Source: Pyrinomonas methylaliphatogenes
Lineage (GTDB): Bacteria; Acidobacteriota; Blastocatellia; Pyrinomonadales; Pyrinomonadaceae
DNA length: 24,000 nucleotides
Reading direction: 5' to 3'
Assembly (NCBI RefSeq): GCF_000820845.2
Contig: NZ_CBXV010000008.1
Span: 456,705 to 480,704 of the forward strand
Position numbers and translations under genes: made by a program. Positions 22,434-24,000 of the stretch are shown here, piece after piece (position 1 is the stretch's first letter; each line of letters begins with the position of its first letter). The notes beneath the pieces are model-generated. The model was not told where the DNA came from. It was given only the letters and a program-made list of their open reading frames with translations, and ran no database searches.

Positions 22434-22980
22434 GGGCGTTCTACTCGCCCATTTTTCCAACGCGGGACTGGGTTTTGCGTCGCCAGCGATGAGGCTTGTT
22501 CTACTCTTTCAACCTGTTCTTTTCGGCGGCGATGCGCAAAACGACCGTCAGCGATGAGGCTCGTTCTACTCGCTCATTTTTCAACTCTCAACGACGCGCA
22601 ACGCAACCGAGCGCGGCCTACCTCCCAACGACCGCACCTAGAAGAAGCGAAGGATCGGCACGCTACGCAAACCGGCAACTTGAGGCGAAACTTCGAAAGC
22701 CAAGGTAGAAAAGCGAAGGCGTAAGCGCGCACGATGATGGCCCGGCATCGAGGGATCGAGAGCTGCCACAGTAGAACAGCGAACCTCATCGGCATCCCGT
22801 AGCTGGACTATGGACTCGAGATCGAAAGCTGCCACGGTAGAACAGCGAAGGCGTAAGCGCCCCGCAGATCATCCCGAAGCGATTTAACTTCGAAGGCAAC
22901 CCATCGCCGCGACACGATGCGCGTTCGATCCCAGATCCCGAGGCGATTTAACTTCGAAGGCAACGCTAGAACAGCGAAGG
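22426..22980. repeat. noncoding array of degenerate repeats: three copies of a GCGATGAGGC..GTTCTACTC..CATTTTTCAAC unit, then five inverted-core TAGAAnAGCGAAGG units at ~66-nt spacing, plus a duplicated 33-36-nt hairpin unit
   Basis: Forward units lie at 22426..22460, 22486..22514 and 22551..22587. Inverted-core units begin at 22639, 22706, 22772, 22838 and 22967 (spacings 67, 66, 66, 129). A 24-mer, GTAGAA(A/C)AGCGAAGGCGTAAGCGC, occurs at 22705..22728 and 22837..22860 with 23/24 identity. CAGATC..CCCGA(A/G)GCGATTTAACTTCGAAGGCAAC occurs at 22865..22900 and 22932..22964. Only short ORFs (60-73 aa) occur, and stops are present in all frames. Confidence 0.8.
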
Positions 22981-23010
22981 CCATCATAAGACTCGAGCAG
23001 AGCAGTAAGC

Positions 23011-23038
23011 CGGGAGAGCCGTGAGTGCGACTCTCCCG
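23011..23038 (+). other. stable GC-rich hairpin just upstream of the terminator
   Basis: CGGGAGAG (23011..23018) pairs perfectly with CTCTCCCG (23031..23038) across a 12-nt loop. Confidence 0.6.
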
Positions 23039-23065
23039 ACAGCCGGACGATTCTCCTGTGGTTTT

Positions 23066-23106
23066 CCGCCCGAATGTGAGAGGCGCACATCGGGCGGCTT
23101 TTTTAT
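23066..23106 (+). terminator. rho-independent terminator oriented on the plus strand
   Basis: CCGCCCGAATGTG (23066..23078) pairs with CGCACATCGGGCGG (23084..23097), about 13 bp with one bulge, followed by CTTTTTTAT. On the minus strand the hairpin is followed by GGAAAACC with no U-tract, so it is a canonical terminator only for plus-strand transcripts. Confidence 0.8.
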
Positions 23107-23112
23107 CGAAAC

Positions 23113-24000
23113 TTATTTGGCGCGCGTGCCGTTGAAGTTGAGATCCGGATAGCTCGGAATGCTGATCGTGCCGCTCAGCCGATCGCCTTCGATACGACCA
23201 TTGATCGTCAACTCGATCTCTTGCCCTTGAAGCACGAATGTCGAGCGAGCTTCGAAGCCGTTGCCGTTCAATTTCACGCTCTTGAGCGCGGCGTCACCCA
23301 TCTGTGAACTGATCTTGCCGCTGAGACCCTCGCCATTCCGCTCGATGATGAGCGTCACGGGCAACGCCTGCCCCGCTGGCGTCATGACGTTGATCGTCCA
23401 CGTTCCGACGATATCCGTTGCGCTAGCAGCGTTCGTCGTCGCGCCCACCAAGGCTTCGGCCCCTCCCTTCAAGTTGCCCGCGCTGTCATAAATCTCCACC
23501 GTCTGAGCGTAAGGTTTGATCTGTTCCATGATGGCCTTGCCATCGCCGACGATGATGATGGCTGCCTTGTCGGGCGTAACGTACTGCCGCGCCACTCGTT
23601 GCACATCTTCTTTGGTTACGGCCACAACGCGCTCGCGATAGGTCTGCAGATAATCGGCTGGCAGGTCATACATCTTGATCTGCACGAGCTGATCGATCAA
23701 CCCGTCCTGCGTCTCCAATCTGATGGGGAAAGTTCCCGTCAAATAGGTCTTCGCGTTCTTCAACTCTTCGTCGCTGACCGCCTCATTTCGGATGCGTTCG
23801 AGCTCGTAAAAGAACTCTTTGAGCGAAGCGCCCGTCACCGGGGTGCGGACCTCAGCCGAGGCGCGGAACGAGCCGGCGGTTCGCCGCGCATCGAGATTCG
23901 AATAAGCGCCATAGGTGTAGCCGTTCCTCTCGCGCAGGTTCATGAACAAGCGCGAAGAGGCGTTTCCGCCCAAGATCGTGTTCATGACGAGAAGGGGGAA
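23113..24000 (-). CDS. M16 (pitrilysin/insulinase) family peptidase, C-terminal half plus an extra C-terminal domain; CDS continues beyond the right edge
   Basis: Peptidase_M16_C-type sequence: ILGGNASSRLFMNLRERNGYTYGAYS...EELKNAKTYLTGTFPIRLETQDGL. The frame stays open from 23985 to 24000 (FPLLV upstream of the track's Met), so the true start is outside the window. About 115 extra residues follow the M16_C domain. Confidence 0.8.
   Translation of the reverse strand, partial: FPLLVMNTILGGNASSRLFMNLRERNGYTYGAYSNLDARRTAGSFRASAEVRTPVTGASLKEFFYELERIRNEAVSDEELKNAKTYLTGTFPIRLETQDGLIDQLVQIKMYDLPADYLQTYRERVVAVTKEDVQRVARQYVTPDKAAIIIVGDGKAIMEQIKPYAQTVEIYDSAGNLKGGAEALVGATTNAASATDIVGTWTINVMTPAGQALPVTLIIERNGEGLSGKISSQMGDAALKSVKLNGNGFEARSTFVLQGQEIELTINGRIEGDRLSGTISIPSYPDLNFNGTRAK

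Noticed and set aside
22426-22980. CRISPR array interpretation of the ~66-nt periodic repeats
   Set aside because: The period fits repeat plus spacer. However, the repeats are far too divergent (only a ~14-nt core is shared, and just one pair reaches 23/24 over 24 nt). Some copies are inverted relative to others, the 'spacers' are themselves duplicated, and no cas genes or leader are present in the window.
22496-23090. Small ORFs (60-73 aa) on both strands inside the repeat region
   Set aside because: None has a Shine-Dalgarno or recognisable domain. Their apparent peptide repeats (for example LRCSTVAALD and LRFSTLAFEV) just reflect the DNA repeats and are broken by frame shifts and stops between units.
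1-24000. Mobile elements, prophage, defence islands or horizontally acquired cassette
   Set aside because: No integrase, transposase or recombinase-like ORFs are present, and no terminal inverted repeats flank gene blocks. tRNA-Gln is not followed by a direct-repeat att-like copy or foreign-looking genes. Composition looks uniform apart from the 22.4-23.1 kb noncoding gap.

Overview
GC-rich chromosomal window from a diderm (outer-membrane) bacterium. The gene content and protein style suggest Acidobacteriota, but that is inference only. Almost all of it is tightly packed core metabolism and envelope biogenesis. Left to right: speE (partial) and speH (polyamine aminopropyl branch, minus strand); lptD; lpxB; lpxD and lpxA (lipid A); a large radical SAM enzyme with Tes/GDGT-MAS-like architecture; an orphan 98-aa HisKA-only protein; tRNA-Gln(CUG) with its own promoter and terminator; speA, a deoxyhypusine-synthase-like gene and speB; a secreted MA-clan zinc metalloprotease with TPR repeats; the conserved dxr-rseP-ispG block (MEP pathway plus site-2 protease); a translationally coupled DUF962/Mpo1-like and XdhC-family pair; a secreted 7-bladed Ycf48/BNR-like beta-propeller; a ~670-bp noncoding region full of degenerate ~66-nt periodic and inverted repeats that ends in a strong plus-strand intrinsic terminator; and the 3' part of an M16 peptidase gene running off the right edge. 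I recognise no transposases, integrases, CRISPR-Cas, toxin-antitoxin or defence genes. The items most worth follow-up are the Tes-like radical SAM gene beside the lipid A genes, the DHS-like gene inside an arginine-to-putrescine operon, and the unexplained repeat/hairpin region at 22.4-23.1 kb. Family calls come from motif recognition by eye; no database search was possible.
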